64,000 nt of DNA from Acutalibacteraceae bacterium (GCA_045541495.1 JAZQJE010000031.1:4029-68028); one strand, 5' to 3'; shown: positions 53,793 through 62,958, counted from the first letter of the stretch. Numbers and translations: made by a program. The notes: generated by a model not told the origin, from the sequence alone.

Positions 53793-53890
53793 GTGCTTGC
53801 GAACAATGCGTATATTTTACTTACAACGAGGAACTGGAAGACTACGAGTGCTTGGTAAACCTCGACGAAGATGAATTGTATCGGTTTTAA
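53789..53890 (+). CDS. small Cys-rich acidic protein (33 aa as encoded; possibly truncated by an in-frame TAA)
   Basis: The ATG overlaps the tmcAL stop (ATGA). Sequence is MSACEQCVYFTYNEELEDYECLVNLDEDELYRF*. The same frame stays open for 23 more codons (SNGSSSCPYFRLDDEYAVVRKQN*), ending at 53962. Confidence 0.55.
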   Translation: MSACEQCVYFTYNEELEDYECLVNLDEDELYRF

Positions 53891-54081
53891 AGCAATGGAT
53901 CCTCTTCCTGCCCCTATTTTCGGTTGGATGACGAATACGCCGTCGTGCGAAAACAAAATTAGTAATAATCCCACATAGCGGGGAGAACCTCATTTCCGGG
54001 CATAGTCCTATACGATACCGCCGGCTGAAGGGGCGTCTTTCGGTTTTCTCCCCCTCCGCCTTTTTGCCTCGCAAAAATCCA

Positions 54082-54101
54082 CCTCCCTCGTCAGAGGGAG
54101 G
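54082..54101 (+). repeat. short GC hairpin element (copy A)
   Basis: CCTCCCT-cgtcag-AGGGAGG preceded by CCAC. It has the same architecture as 57748-57767. Confidence 0.4.
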
Positions 54102-54234
54102 CTAGACAAACAAGGTTCTCTACTCCTACATTACTTTTGAAATGTTCTGTTCACCGCGAAAGCTTTTTCAACCACGCAACTATGAACTAAATGGGGCTCA
54201 CTTCACGATTCGCGTGGTTTTCGTTTGCAAAAAG

Positions 54235-54258
54235 CCGCCCGCCGTTTTCGGCGGGCGG
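54235..54258. terminator. terminator after yfhO (bidirectional form)
   Basis: CCGCCCGCCG-tttt-CGGCGGGCGG. On the minus strand it is followed by CTTTTTGC, on the plus strand by TTGGTTTATTTTTT. Confidence 0.8.
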
Positions 54259-54263
54259 TTGGT

Positions 54264-57098
54264 TTATTTTTTGGAAATGCTGACAGGTTTAAAATTTTTG
54301 AGAGTCGGGCCGTATTTTTTGGCCAGCAACATCAGCACCAATACCGCCAATGACAGGAACGACAAGGTGACACCAATGCCGAAGCCCGCAGGGGTATAGG
54401 TAAGAGCGACTTCGTGGGCGCCGCGGGGCACGTTAAAGGCCAAGAAGCCTTCGGAGATAGCGGAGGTTTCCACTTTTTTGCCGTCCACCTTGACGGTCCA
54501 ACCGGCATCGTAAGGGATGGAGGTCATCATCAGACCCGCCGTGTTGGTGTTGACCGTACCTTCAATACGGGTATCGGAGAAAGATGTCACATTCAGTTGC
54601 GAAGTCTTCAAGATCTCCATCCCTTGACGGTAGGTGTCGGCGTTCATGGTTGCCACATAGAAGTTACCCGAACAAGAAATGTCCGATGTGACGTGCAAGG
54701 TGACTTCCGTGCCCGCTGTGACAGTACCGCCGTCGATGATGAAGGGTTCATGAGGGGTGACCGACCACGAGTTTGAGCCGCAGGACACCGACAAACTATC
54801 GGCAGCGTTACAGTCCACGTAAATGAACAGTTGTCCGCCTGTGGAAACGGTGGCCGTATAAGTGTTAGAGCCGTTGACGGTGGCTTGGAAACGGCTGGTA
54901 GTAAAGGTAGCGTCGTTTTCCGTAGAGGAAATGCCGTTTAAGGTATACAGGTCTTGTTGCAGACCGGTGAGAGCCTTGAACAATTCGTTTTGAGAGCTGA
55001 TGGGATTGTATTGCGTATACTTGTATTCCTTAGCGGCAGAGGAGACCATATAGCCCAGTCCCAATGCTGAGGTGTTTTCATACAGGTAGTAGGTGTCGCC
55101 GTTCAGCCTGACACTTTCCAGTTGTTTTAACTGGGCGTGGTTGCTCATATTGGCTTGCAATGCCACATACCGAATACCCAACAAGGAGTCGGTGAACGGG
55201 ACAAAGGATTTGTACAAGTGGCTGTTCACGCCGTTGATGGCATAGCCCAGACCGCCCATCAGTTTGGTGGTGGTATAGTAGTTGCTGGAAGAGAAGGTGG
55301 TGACGCCGCGGTAGTGGAACAGTGCCGTATCCACACAGGTGCGGCGAGGCAGGAATTCCATACGGTAGAAACCGTTGTTGGTGGCGGTATCGCCGATCTC
55401 CTGCGCCCGTTCCACGGTATCGTACAACAGAGCGGTGGTGTTGTTATCCACATAATTTTGATGCAAGGTGAAATATTCTTTCTTATTCACTTGCACCAAG
55501 GCACTGCCACCGTTTATCACCATTTCCGCTGTGACGATGAGTAGCAACAATGCATAGGTGACCCGTTTGCAAAGAGTACGGTTGGCGGCCAATGTTAACA
55601 CCACGGCATATCCGGCGATGAGCGCCAAGTTGATGTAGATCTGTTTGAAACCGTAGTCTTCACTGCCGAAATGTTCTTCGATCATGAGGTAACCGATCGC
55701 ACCCGCAAGCACGCCCAACACCTGTTTGACGGTGATGTGTTTGAGATGGATCAAGGTTTCGTAGGCCATGAGCAGAATGAAGAACGAATAGACAAAGGAA
55801 AACCGATAAGGCAAGTCGTTGGGAGAATGCAGGCCGTGCCACGCCAGATCCGTCCAGTTGATGAGGAAGGACACCGACAATAACAGCCATACGCCCATGT
55901 AGGCGGCGCGGCGGCGGCGGGAAATGCCGCTGTTAAGCGCAAAGAGCGGTATGCACAGGGCTGTTAACACGCCGCAGTACATATTGGGGAGATTGCCCGA
56001 ACGGATGGTGGGCGACGTACCTGCCAAATGCCGTCCGATCAAGTCGAAGAAATCGATGGTGTTGTTGATGGTGGGCAGATCACTGCCGGCGGCCGAAGTT
56101 TGTTGCAAAGCGAAGTACACGGGAATAAGCATACAGGCCGCCAGGCCCGCACCCAGCACCGAGAAACCCGCAAACCGCGCGAAACCAATGCCCAGTTCTT
56201 TGCCGTCACGGCGAGAGCGTAACACATAGCCGATATAGTAGATCACCAAGAAGATGCAGAGCATGAACCCGATGTAGTAGTTGACATACAGGCAGAACGC
56301 CAGCGACAACACATAGATCAGGTAACGGCCGGTGTGCATGAGCCGTTCGAAGCCCAGCACCACCAACGGCATGACCATGACCACGTCCAGCCACATGATG
56401 TTCCATGAATAGGCCAGCAGGTACATCATCAGGGAATACATCACCGATACGGCGGGAATGAGCAAGCCTTTTTTGCGGTATACCGTTTGCACGCACAGGG
56501 CAAACAAGGCGCCCGAAAGGGCGTTTTTAATAAGGGTGATGAGCAGAATCCCTTGTGCCAACAACCGTTCGGGGAAAAAGATCAAAAGCAGGTTCAAGGG
56601 ACTGCCCAAATAGTAGCCAAACAGGGAAATGTAGTTGGCGCCGAGGCCCACTTCAAAGGAGTAGACCGACAGGTCGAAATTCAGCAGATTGTCCCGCAGG
56701 CCTGCCAACAACGGCGCATATTGATGGTGCATGTCCACCACCATACCGGTCCGCTCGCCAAAAGGCCACATACCCACAAAGGTATAGGCCACGCACATGG
56801 CACACAGAGATAACACGCCCGAAATAACGGGATAGAACCAGTTGGGGCGTTCCACGGCGGGATGGTCGGGGTCGCGGTTGATCTCGCCCGATAACACGAA
56901 CAGTAACGTGCCGATCAACAGGGACAGGCCACCGCAACAGGTGATCTTTTGTGCCATGCCGGCGGCGGTTTCGGTGCTGATCTTATCGGACAACAACCAT
57001 AACAATACGAATAAAATAGCCGTAAACAAGGCAGAAAACAACAGGGAAAAGCCGTGTTTACGAACCGTTTGGATCAGGGGGCTCGCTTCGCGCTTCAT
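54264..57098 (-). CDS. YfhO family membrane protein (putative glycopolymer glycosyltransferase)
   Basis: 944 aa with many N-terminal TM helices, a large extracytoplasmic C-terminal domain and a final TM helix, which is the YfhO architecture. AAGGAGGAA RBS. Confidence 0.85.
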   Translation of the reverse strand: MKREASPLIQTVRKHGFSLLFSALFTAILFVLLWLLSDKISTETAAGMAQKITCCGGLSLLIGTLLFVLSGEINRDPDHPAVERPNWFYPVISGVLSLCAMCVAYTFVGMWPFGERTGMVVDMHHQYAPLLAGLRDNLLNFDLSVYSFEVGLGANYISLFGYYLGSPLNLLLIFFPERLLAQGILLITLIKNALSGALFALCVQTVYRKKGLLIPAVSVMYSLMMYLLAYSWNIMWLDVVMVMPLVVLGFERLMHTGRYLIYVLSLAFCLYVNYYIGFMLCIFLVIYYIGYVLRSRRDGKELGIGFARFAGFSVLGAGLAACMLIPVYFALQQTSAAGSDLPTINNTIDFFDLIGRHLAGTSPTIRSGNLPNMYCGVLTALCIPLFALNSGISRRRRAAYMGVWLLLSVSFLINWTDLAWHGLHSPNDLPYRFSFVYSFFILLMAYETLIHLKHITVKQVLGVLAGAIGYLMIEEHFGSEDYGFKQIYINLALIAGYAVVLTLAANRTLCKRVTYALLLLIVTAEMVINGGSALVQVNKKEYFTLHQNYVDNNTTALLYDTVERAQEIGDTATNNGFYRMEFLPRRTCVDTALFHYRGVTTFSSSNYYTTTKLMGGLGYAINGVNSHLYKSFVPFTDSLLGIRYVALQANMSNHAQLKQLESVRLNGDTYYLYENTSALGLGYMVSSAAKEYKYTQYNPISSQNELFKALTGLQQDLYTLNGISSTENDATFTTSRFQATVNGSNTYTATVSTGGQLFIYVDCNAADSLSVSCGSNSWSVTPHEPFIIDGGTVTAGTEVTLHVTSDISCSGNFYVATMNADTYRQGMEILKTSQLNVTSFSDTRIEGTVNTNTAGLMMTSIPYDAGWTVKVDGKKVETSAISEGFLAFNVPRGAHEVALTYTPAGFGIGVTLSFLSLAVLVLMLLAKKYGPTLKNFKPVSISKK

Positions 57099-57251
57099 GG
57101 CGCTTCCTCCTTAAAAGTGAGAATTGATTTGATTATACCATACCTTTCACAAAAGGGCAAGATATATTGTGCGTTACGCAGAGATCGCTCCTGCAAGTTG
57201 CCATCGACTCTTTTGTGTGGTACAATATACCCACGAAAGCGGGGGCGATTT

Positions 57252-57701
57252 ATGATCAGCATATTGTTTGTTTGCCACGGGAATATTTGTCGCAGTCCTA
57301 TGGCGGAATTTGTGATGAAAGACCTTGTGCAAAAGCGGGGATTGTCTGCACAATTTGAAATTGCGTCTGCCGCTACCTCTACCGAGGAAATCGGGCACGG
57401 CGTATACCCGCCCGTGAAACGGTTGCTGGCCGTGCGGGGGATCGATTGTTCTGCCAAACGAGCGCGACAGGTGACGGCGGCGGATTATGACCGCTATGAC
57501 CATCTCATCTGCATGGACAAACACAACTTGCGGAATTTGAAGCGCCTTATCCCCCACGATCCGCTAAACAAGGTCTCTCTTTTGATGGAGTGGACCGACA
57601 CGCCCCACGATGTGGCCGATCCGTGGTACACCGGCGATTTTGATACCACATTACGGGATGTGGACGCGGGTTGCGCGGCGCTGTTGGAACGGTTGGCGTA
57701 A
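57252..57701 (+). CDS. low-molecular-weight protein-tyrosine phosphatase
   Basis: P-loop ILFVCHGNICRSPMAE and a downstream DPWY motif. The ATG at 57252 is used because the ORF-track extension overlaps yfhO. Confidence 0.9.
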   Translation: MISILFVCHGNICRSPMAEFVMKDLVQKRGLSAQFEIASAATSTEEIGHGVYPPVKRLLAVRGIDCSAKRARQVTAADYDRYDHLICMDKHNLRNLKRLIPHDPLNKVSLLMEWTDTPHDVADPWYTGDFDTTLRDVDAGCAALLERLA

Positions 57702-57747
57702 CCGAATCGTGGCTATTACACCTCATCCGTCGTCCTTGCGGGCGACA

Positions 57748-57767
57748 CCTTCCCCTCAAGGGGAAGG
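57748..57767 (+). repeat. short GC hairpin element (copy B)
   Basis: CCTTCCCC-tcaa-GGGGAAGG preceded by CGACA. Its translation (..TPSPQGEG..) resembles a pseudo-coding intergenic repeat I recall from Clostridia genomes. Confidence 0.4.
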
Positions 57768-57795
57768 CTTGTCCCGCCTTTTTTTGCATAAAAAA

Positions 57796-57812
57796 AGCAC
57801 CCGATGGGTGCT
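57796..57812. terminator. bidirectional terminator between the phosphatase and murC
   Basis: AGCACCC-gat-GGGTGCT flanked by AAAAAAA and TTTTTTA. Confidence 0.75.
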
Positions 57813-57815
57813 TTT

Positions 57816-59189
57816 TTATTTGCTTTCCAGTTGTTTTTTGATCATGCGGGCGCATTTGTACACATCGCCGCCGCCCATGGTGAGCACCAGTTCGTCGTCG
57901 CCCACGTGAGTGGTGACAAACGCGGTGATTTCCTCAAAGGTGGGTAAATAATGGGCACCGTCGATACGGTCGGTAATTTGTTGGGAGGACACATTCCATT
58001 CGTTGACTTCCCGCGATCCCATAATGTCGCTGACGATGACTTCGTCGGCAAGGGACAACGCTTCGGCAAACTCGTTTAGATGCCGTGCGGTACGGGAGAA
58101 AGTGAAGGGTTGGAAGATCGCCCACACCTTTTTGTGAGGTAAAGCTTTGGCCGCTTGCAGGGTGGCGGCGATCTCGGTGGGATGGTGGGCGTAGTCGTCC
58201 ACGATGGTGACCCCTGCCGCCGTTCCTAAAAATTCAAATCGCCGTCCCGCCCCGTGGAATGCGGCGATTCCCTCGGCAATCGTTTCGGCAGATACGCCGC
58301 ACAAATGGGCCGCCGCGGCTGCCGCCAGCGAATTCCACACGTTGTGCATACCGGGGACACCTAAGGTGATACCGATAACAAACGTGCCGTTATGATACAG
58401 GTCGTACTGACCGTAGGAGCCGTGGTGGACGGTGATGTTTTGTGCCGACCACTCGTTCGTTATATCTTGTCCATAGCGAATGACGGTAGCGTGGGTGAGC
58501 CCATCCACCGCTTGCAGGGTTTCGGGGTCGTCGGCATTGACGATGAGGGTATCGGTGGTTTGAGAAGCGAATTTGTGAAACGAGGCGATGACCCCGTCGA
58601 TATCGCCGAAATAATCCAGATGATCCGCGTCTACATTGAGGATGATAGACACGGCGGGGGTCATGTGCAGATAGTGATCTTGAAATTCACAGGCTTCGCA
58701 CACAAAGGTATCCGACCCGCCCGCTTTGCCGTTGGCGTTGATAAGGGGCAAACGGCCGCCGATGAACACCGAGGGGTCCACGCCCCCTTGGAGTAAAATT
58801 TGAGAGAGCATGGAGGAGGTAGTGGTTTTGCCGTGAGTACCCGCTACGGCGATGGTGTTTTTGAATTGGCGGGACAAAAGCCCCAACAACACCGCCCGTT
58901 CCATCAGGGGGATCCCGCGGTCATTGGCTTCCACCAATTCGGGGTTATCCGCCCGCACGGCGGCAGTGTATACCACCAGTTGGGCATCCCCTATGTTTTC
59001 CGCTTTTTGAGGCATGAACACAGGAATTCCCAAGTTGCGCATACGGGTAAGGTTGTCCGACTCGTTAACGTCCGAGCCGGTTAAGGTATAGCCCAGCGAA
59101 TGGAGAATTTCGGCAAGGGGGTTCATACCCGAACCGCCGATCCCTACAAAATGCACCCGCTGAACATCACCCAACAGTCGTTTATCCAT
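57816..59189 (-). CDS. murC: UDP-N-acetylmuramate--L-alanine ligase
   Basis: VHFVGIGGSGMNPLAEIL and GTHGKTTT motifs with a Mur ligase body. AGGAGGG lies 5 nt before the ATG at 59189. The ORF-track TTG at 59264 is unsupported. Confidence 0.93.
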   Translation of the reverse strand: MDKRLLGDVQRVHFVGIGGSGMNPLAEILHSLGYTLTGSDVNESDNLTRMRNLGIPVFMPQKAENIGDAQLVVYTAAVRADNPELVEANDRGIPLMERAVLLGLLSRQFKNTIAVAGTHGKTTTSSMLSQILLQGGVDPSVFIGGRLPLINANGKAGGSDTFVCEACEFQDHYLHMTPAVSIILNVDADHLDYFGDIDGVIASFHKFASQTTDTLIVNADDPETLQAVDGLTHATVIRYGQDITNEWSAQNITVHHGSYGQYDLYHNGTFVIGITLGVPGMHNVWNSLAAAAAAHLCGVSAETIAEGIAAFHGAGRRFEFLGTAAGVTIVDDYAHHPTEIAATLQAAKALPHKKVWAIFQPFTFSRTARHLNEFAEALSLADEVIVSDIMGSREVNEWNVSSQQITDRIDGAHYLPTFEEITAFVTTHVGDDELVLTMGGGDVYKCARMIKKQLESK

Positions 59190-59311
59190 ATCATCCCTCC
59201 TCAGATCTTTTTTATTATATTGCGTTTGGAGGAAAAAATAAACAGTTTTTGGCGAATTTGTCAATTTTTATTTTCCAAAGGATCGGCGAAGTGTTTTAGA
59301 CATGAGGAAAA

Positions 59312-59337
59312 CCGCCTTTCCCAACAAGGAAAGGCGG
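59312..59337 (-). terminator. terminator after the Na/Pi cotransporter gene
   Basis: Minus strand reads CCGCCTTTCC-ttgttg-GGAAAGGCGG followed by TTTTCC. Confidence 0.6.
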
Positions 59338-59352
59338 CTTCCCGTTTTATGT

Positions 59353-61098
59353 TTATGCCAGCGTGTATTTTTCGGTATAGTGCCGGACGTGGTCGCGGAA
59401 AGCACCGTCGTCGGCTTTCAACGAACGCAGATGCTCGTGGCTATTGAGGTCGTGACTCTTTAAGTCGATCAGGAAACCCGCAATGTTGGAACAATGGTCG
59501 GACACCCGTTCCAAGTTGGTGAGAAGATCTGCCCACACAAACCCAACTTCGATAGAGCAACCGCCTTGTTGCAAACGGCGGATGTGGTTGTTACGCAGTT
59601 GTTCCCGCAAATCGTCGATGACCTGTTCCAGCGGCGAAATGGCGAGAAGAGCAGTTTCGTCGTTTTCGGTGAAAGCACGCAACGACAAGGTTAAGATCTC
59701 GTCCACGGCGGCAAGCAGGACTTGTAGTTCTTTATCGGCTTCTTCCGTGAAAGACAGATTTTTATTCTTCAGTTCTTCCGCTGATTCCAACAGATTGGTA
59801 CTGTGGTCGGAAATCCGCTCAAAATCACCAATAGCTTTCAGCAGCATCGCCGCTTCGGCGCTTTCGTCATCACCGATCTGCAATGTACTGAGTTTTACCA
59901 AATAAGAGCCCAACAGGTCTTCGTAGTGGTCGGACCGTTCCTCCCCTTCCCGCACAGCGTCCGCCAAAGCGGGAGTATAGGCTTTTAATGCGGTTATGGC
60001 ATTTTTCAGGGCGGTGACAGCACAGTTGGCCATATCCGCCGCGACCTGACGGCATTGTGCCAATGCTACAGCGGGGGTGGTGAGCAACCGTTCGTCCAAT
60101 TCCACCGTGGTTTCGGGTGTTTTGGGGTCAGGAATGAGCCGCATGGCCAGTTTTTCAAGCAGCCCGGACAGGGGCATTAACAGGATAGTGCACAGAATGT
60201 TGAAAATGGAGTGGCAAGTGGCGATCCCCGCCATGGTGGCGGCTTCGCCTAACAAAGCAGGGGCAACGGTAATCTTAATGATCCAGAACAGCATTAACCA
60301 CACGATGGAGCCAATCACATTAAAGGACAGGTGCACCGCGGCGGCGCGTTTGGCGTTGCGGTTGGCGCCGATGGACGATAACAGAGCGGTGACGCAGGTG
60401 CCGATGTTTTGACCCATAATGATGGGGATGGTCGCACCGTAGGTCACCTGGCCCGTGACCGCCAACGCTTGCAGAATACCCACTGAAGCGGAACTGGATT
60501 GGATGATACCCGTTAGGATCGCGCCTGCCAGCACGCCTAAGATAGGGTTGGTAAACATGATGAACAACTGTTGGAATTGCGGCACGTGTTGCAGTCCCGA
60601 CACGGCCTCCGACATAGTATCCATACCGAACATCAAGGTAGCAAAACCAAGCAGGATCACACCGGTATCTTTGCTTTTGTTGTTTTTCATGAACATCAGT
60701 AACACGATACCGATCAAAGCGAGTATGGGGGTAAAAGAGGTGGGTTTGAGCAATTGAAGTGCCAAATTATCGCCCTCAATGCCACCCAAACTGAGCAACC
60801 ATGCGGTGACGGTGGTGCCCACATTGGCGCCCATGATGACGTTGATTGCTTGTTTCAGTGCCATCAGACCCGAGTTGACAAAACCGACTACCATGACGGT
60901 GGTGGCAGACGAACTTTGGATCACCGCCGTGACACCCAAACCTGTTAAAAAGCCGGCGGCCTTGTTGGTAGTGAGTTTGCCGAGCACCGCGCGCAGGGCA
61001 CTGCCCGCCCGCCGTTCCAGCGCTTGGCCCATCAGATCCATACCGAACAGGAACAGACATAATCCGCCGATCAGCGACAATACATCAAAAATATCCAT
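59353..61098 (-). CDS. Na+/phosphate cotransporter family protein with C-terminal PhoU-like domain
   Basis: Duplicated Na_Pi_cotrans repeats (GMDLMGQALE...IQSSSATTVM and IQSSSASVGI) and PhoU-like helices at the C-terminus. GAGGAGGAA RBS lies before the ATG at 61098. Confidence 0.88.
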   Translation of the reverse strand: MDIFDVLSLIGGLCLFLFGMDLMGQALERRAGSALRAVLGKLTTNKAAGFLTGLGVTAVIQSSSATTVMVVGFVNSGLMALKQAINVIMGANVGTTVTAWLLSLGGIEGDNLALQLLKPTSFTPILALIGIVLLMFMKNNKSKDTGVILLGFATLMFGMDTMSEAVSGLQHVPQFQQLFIMFTNPILGVLAGAILTGIIQSSSASVGILQALAVTGQVTYGATIPIIMGQNIGTCVTALLSSIGANRNAKRAAAVHLSFNVIGSIVWLMLFWIIKITVAPALLGEAATMAGIATCHSIFNILCTILLMPLSGLLEKLAMRLIPDPKTPETTVELDERLLTTPAVALAQCRQVAADMANCAVTALKNAITALKAYTPALADAVREGEERSDHYEDLLGSYLVKLSTLQIGDDESAEAAMLLKAIGDFERISDHSTNLLESAEELKNKNLSFTEEADKELQVLLAAVDEILTLSLRAFTENDETALLAISPLEQVIDDLREQLRNNHIRRLQQGGCSIEVGFVWADLLTNLERVSDHCSNIAGFLIDLKSHDLNSHEHLRSLKADDGAFRDHVRHYTEKYTLA

Positions 61099-61144
61099 AG
61101 TTTCCTCCTCAAACAGACATCTGTCGTCAAGTATAGCAGAGGAA

Positions 61145-61183
61145 TGAGAAATCCAGTTCAAGAACAGGTTAAATTTAGGTTAA
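61145..61183 (-). promoter_or_regulatory. Pho-box-like phased hexamer repeats
   Basis: Minus strand reads TTAACC-5-TTAACC-5-TTGAAC-5-TTCTCA with exact 11-bp phasing, followed 9 nt later by TATACT. It lies upstream of the Na/Pi transporter, and the first hexamer overlaps the ydbT-like stop. Confidence 0.5.
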
Positions 61184-62521
61184 ATTTTCTACGTTTTCAA
61201 AGGGCAGCCCCCACACCCGATGGCGGCGACGTTTTTCGCCGAAGCACCGCACCTGTACGGTGCAGGTACCCCGCCACCGCTGAAAGGGGGTTTGGGTAAC
61301 GGTGATACAGTCGGTGACACAGCGCGGCAGTTGGACACGGTACAGTGCCAATCCCCGCGGGTAGCACAGGGACACGGCCGTATCGGTGATACCCCATCCC
61401 CCGCGGTCGTATCCCCACAGGCGCACCAACAGCCACCACCCGCCGAAAAACAGACCCGCCAACGTGAGCGGCGGCCATAAACGGCCCACGGCGGCACTTG
61501 CCATGGCGCATAAAAACAATAACGGCGCGGCAACATACCGAAAGAGAGAACGGGGACGGATCGTGAGCGGGCAAGCGGGATAATCGGGCAATAAACGGGA
61601 CAAGGTATGGTGAAACTGCGGGGTGGAAGCGGCAGGAATGAGAACAGGACGAGTGCCTCGATCGCGGCCGTAGCCTGCGGCGGTGATGACCGCACCGCTG
61701 AGTCCCAACAGACCCATGCCTAAGGTTTGGCGGCGTTCCACGGCGGTGATTTTGGCACAATCGATGAGGACATCCCGCCGCGTGAACAGGCCCGATATCA
61801 AGTGCAGGTGTTCGTCTTCCCGTTTGGCAGAAAATCCTACATACCGCCAAAAAGTGCGCGCAACAGACACCAGCCATCCTAACAACACAGCATTGGCGGC
61901 GGTGCTGAGCAGCGGCGGCAGGCCTGTCCAAACAGGACCCGCGGCGGTGATCTGCGAAAGGTGATCCCCCAACACCAAACTGAGTTGCCGCAACAGCGGC
62001 ACAACGGTGAGCAATCCCACCGCCGCGTTGGAGCCGGTGAGGGACAGCACCGCCACCGGCCAAACGGGCAGGCGTTGACGGGCCTTTCTATCGGCGTTTA
62101 AGGAAAACAGGCGGCGGGTGCGGGAGGCGGTGAGATATAGGACCGCATCGGTGCGGCGGCGCAAACCCGCGGTACTGACGCGGATGCGGCGGGCGCGCAA
62201 CAACCATAAAAGCGGGGTGCGTTCCACTTCTACAGATGCCGCATCGTCGGCACACAGATGCAAGGTGCGGCGAAAGACGATGCCTTCCCGCACGCCTACA
62301 CGATGAAAAGTGCCGTTTGCCGATTCGGTGAGACGGTAGCGGCAACAGCGCCATTTGGCCACCGAATATCCCGTCAACAAGACGGCAGGAAACAGATCCC
62401 GCACAAGGGCGACGACCGTATACGGGGCGGGAAGGATCAACCGCAAAAGCGGGATCATCCACAACAACCACCAGCGGCGGGAATCGTATACGGCATAGGC
62501 ACCATATGGACGGCATTCCAT
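61175..62521 (-). CDS. YdbT-like membrane protein with repeated bacterial PH (bPH_2) domains
   Basis: TM hairpins alternate with PH-like segments. The ATG at 62521 overlaps the upstream TAA by 1 nt (TAATG). The longer ORF-track frame overlaps the ydbS-like gene. Confidence 0.6.
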   Translation of the reverse strand: MECRPYGAYAVYDSRRWWLLWMIPLLRLILPAPYTVVALVRDLFPAVLLTGYSVAKWRCCRYRLTESANGTFHRVGVREGIVFRRTLHLCADDAASVEVERTPLLWLLRARRIRVSTAGLRRRTDAVLYLTASRTRRLFSLNADRKARQRLPVWPVAVLSLTGSNAAVGLLTVVPLLRQLSLVLGDHLSQITAAGPVWTGLPPLLSTAANAVLLGWLVSVARTFWRYVGFSAKREDEHLHLISGLFTRRDVLIDCAKITAVERRQTLGMGLLGLSGAVITAAGYGRDRGTRPVLIPAASTPQFHHTLSRLLPDYPACPLTIRPRSLFRYVAAPLLFLCAMASAAVGRLWPPLTLAGLFFGGWWLLVRLWGYDRGGWGITDTAVSLCYPRGLALYRVQLPRCVTDCITVTQTPFQRWRGTCTVQVRCFGEKRRRHRVWGLPFENVENLT

Positions 62522-62958
62522 TAGGACAATTCTCCTTGCTTTTCCAACAGGGCGGTGAGGCGGGCGGCGGTTTCGGCATCTAAAAGAGGCAGTCGTGTAC
62601 TGCCTCCTGCAAAACGCAATACCACCGTGCGACAATGAAACAGACGGTGCAGAGGCAATGACCAGATCTCAAAGGTGCGTAGAGAGGGCAACGGAACCAG
62701 GGTATGGCGGTGCCACCACACGCCTTTTTCCACATGGACGGCGGCGAAATCGATTCGCCCGCTTAAGGAGCGGCAATAGGCAGGGCAATACCAAAGTGTG
62801 CCCGTTATCCACAGTCCCAACCAGCCGAACCACAACCACCAGATCGGCTGAAATTGCCACCACAGGAACAGATGAACGGTACTGCCGATAACGAGAATGA
62901 GCAGTGTCCAGACGGTGTATAACCATCCTTTGGCGCCATTGCCGATGGTAAAGGTCAT
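62521..62958 (-). CDS. YdbS-like membrane protein with one bPH_2 domain
   Basis: Two W-rich TM helices then a PH-like domain. AAGGAGGGG RBS. It pairs with the downstream YdbT-like gene, as ydbS-ydbT do in Bacillus. Confidence 0.6.
   Translation of the reverse strand: MTFTIGNGAKGWLYTVWTLLILVIGSTVHLFLWWQFQPIWWLWFGWLGLWITGTLWYCPAYCRSLSGRIDFAAVHVEKGVWWHRHTLVPLPSLRTFEIWSLPLHRLFHCRTVVLRFAGGSTRLPLLDAETAARLTALLEKQGELS

Noticed and set aside
53971-54053. tRNA-like 83-nt element with a 7-8 bp terminal stem (GGGGAGA...TCTCCCC)
   Set aside because: The interior has no T-arm (GTTCRANYC), D-arm or anticodon-arm geometry. I keep it only as unexplained structure in the findings.
59190-59264. 75-nt N-terminal extension of murC from a TTG start
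   Set aside because: The extension (MTNSPKTVYFFLQTQYNKKDLRRDD) covers the AGGAGGG RBS of the canonical MDKRLLG start and lies in AT-rich promoter-like sequence.
61189-62579. Alternative-frame ORFs inside the ydbT-like gene (61189-61695, 61197-62063, 62088-62579)
   Set aside because: They share a strand or overlap with the TM/PH-domain frame but encode Arg/Pro/Gly-rich sequence without TM helices. This is the high-GC multi-frame openness typical of this segment.
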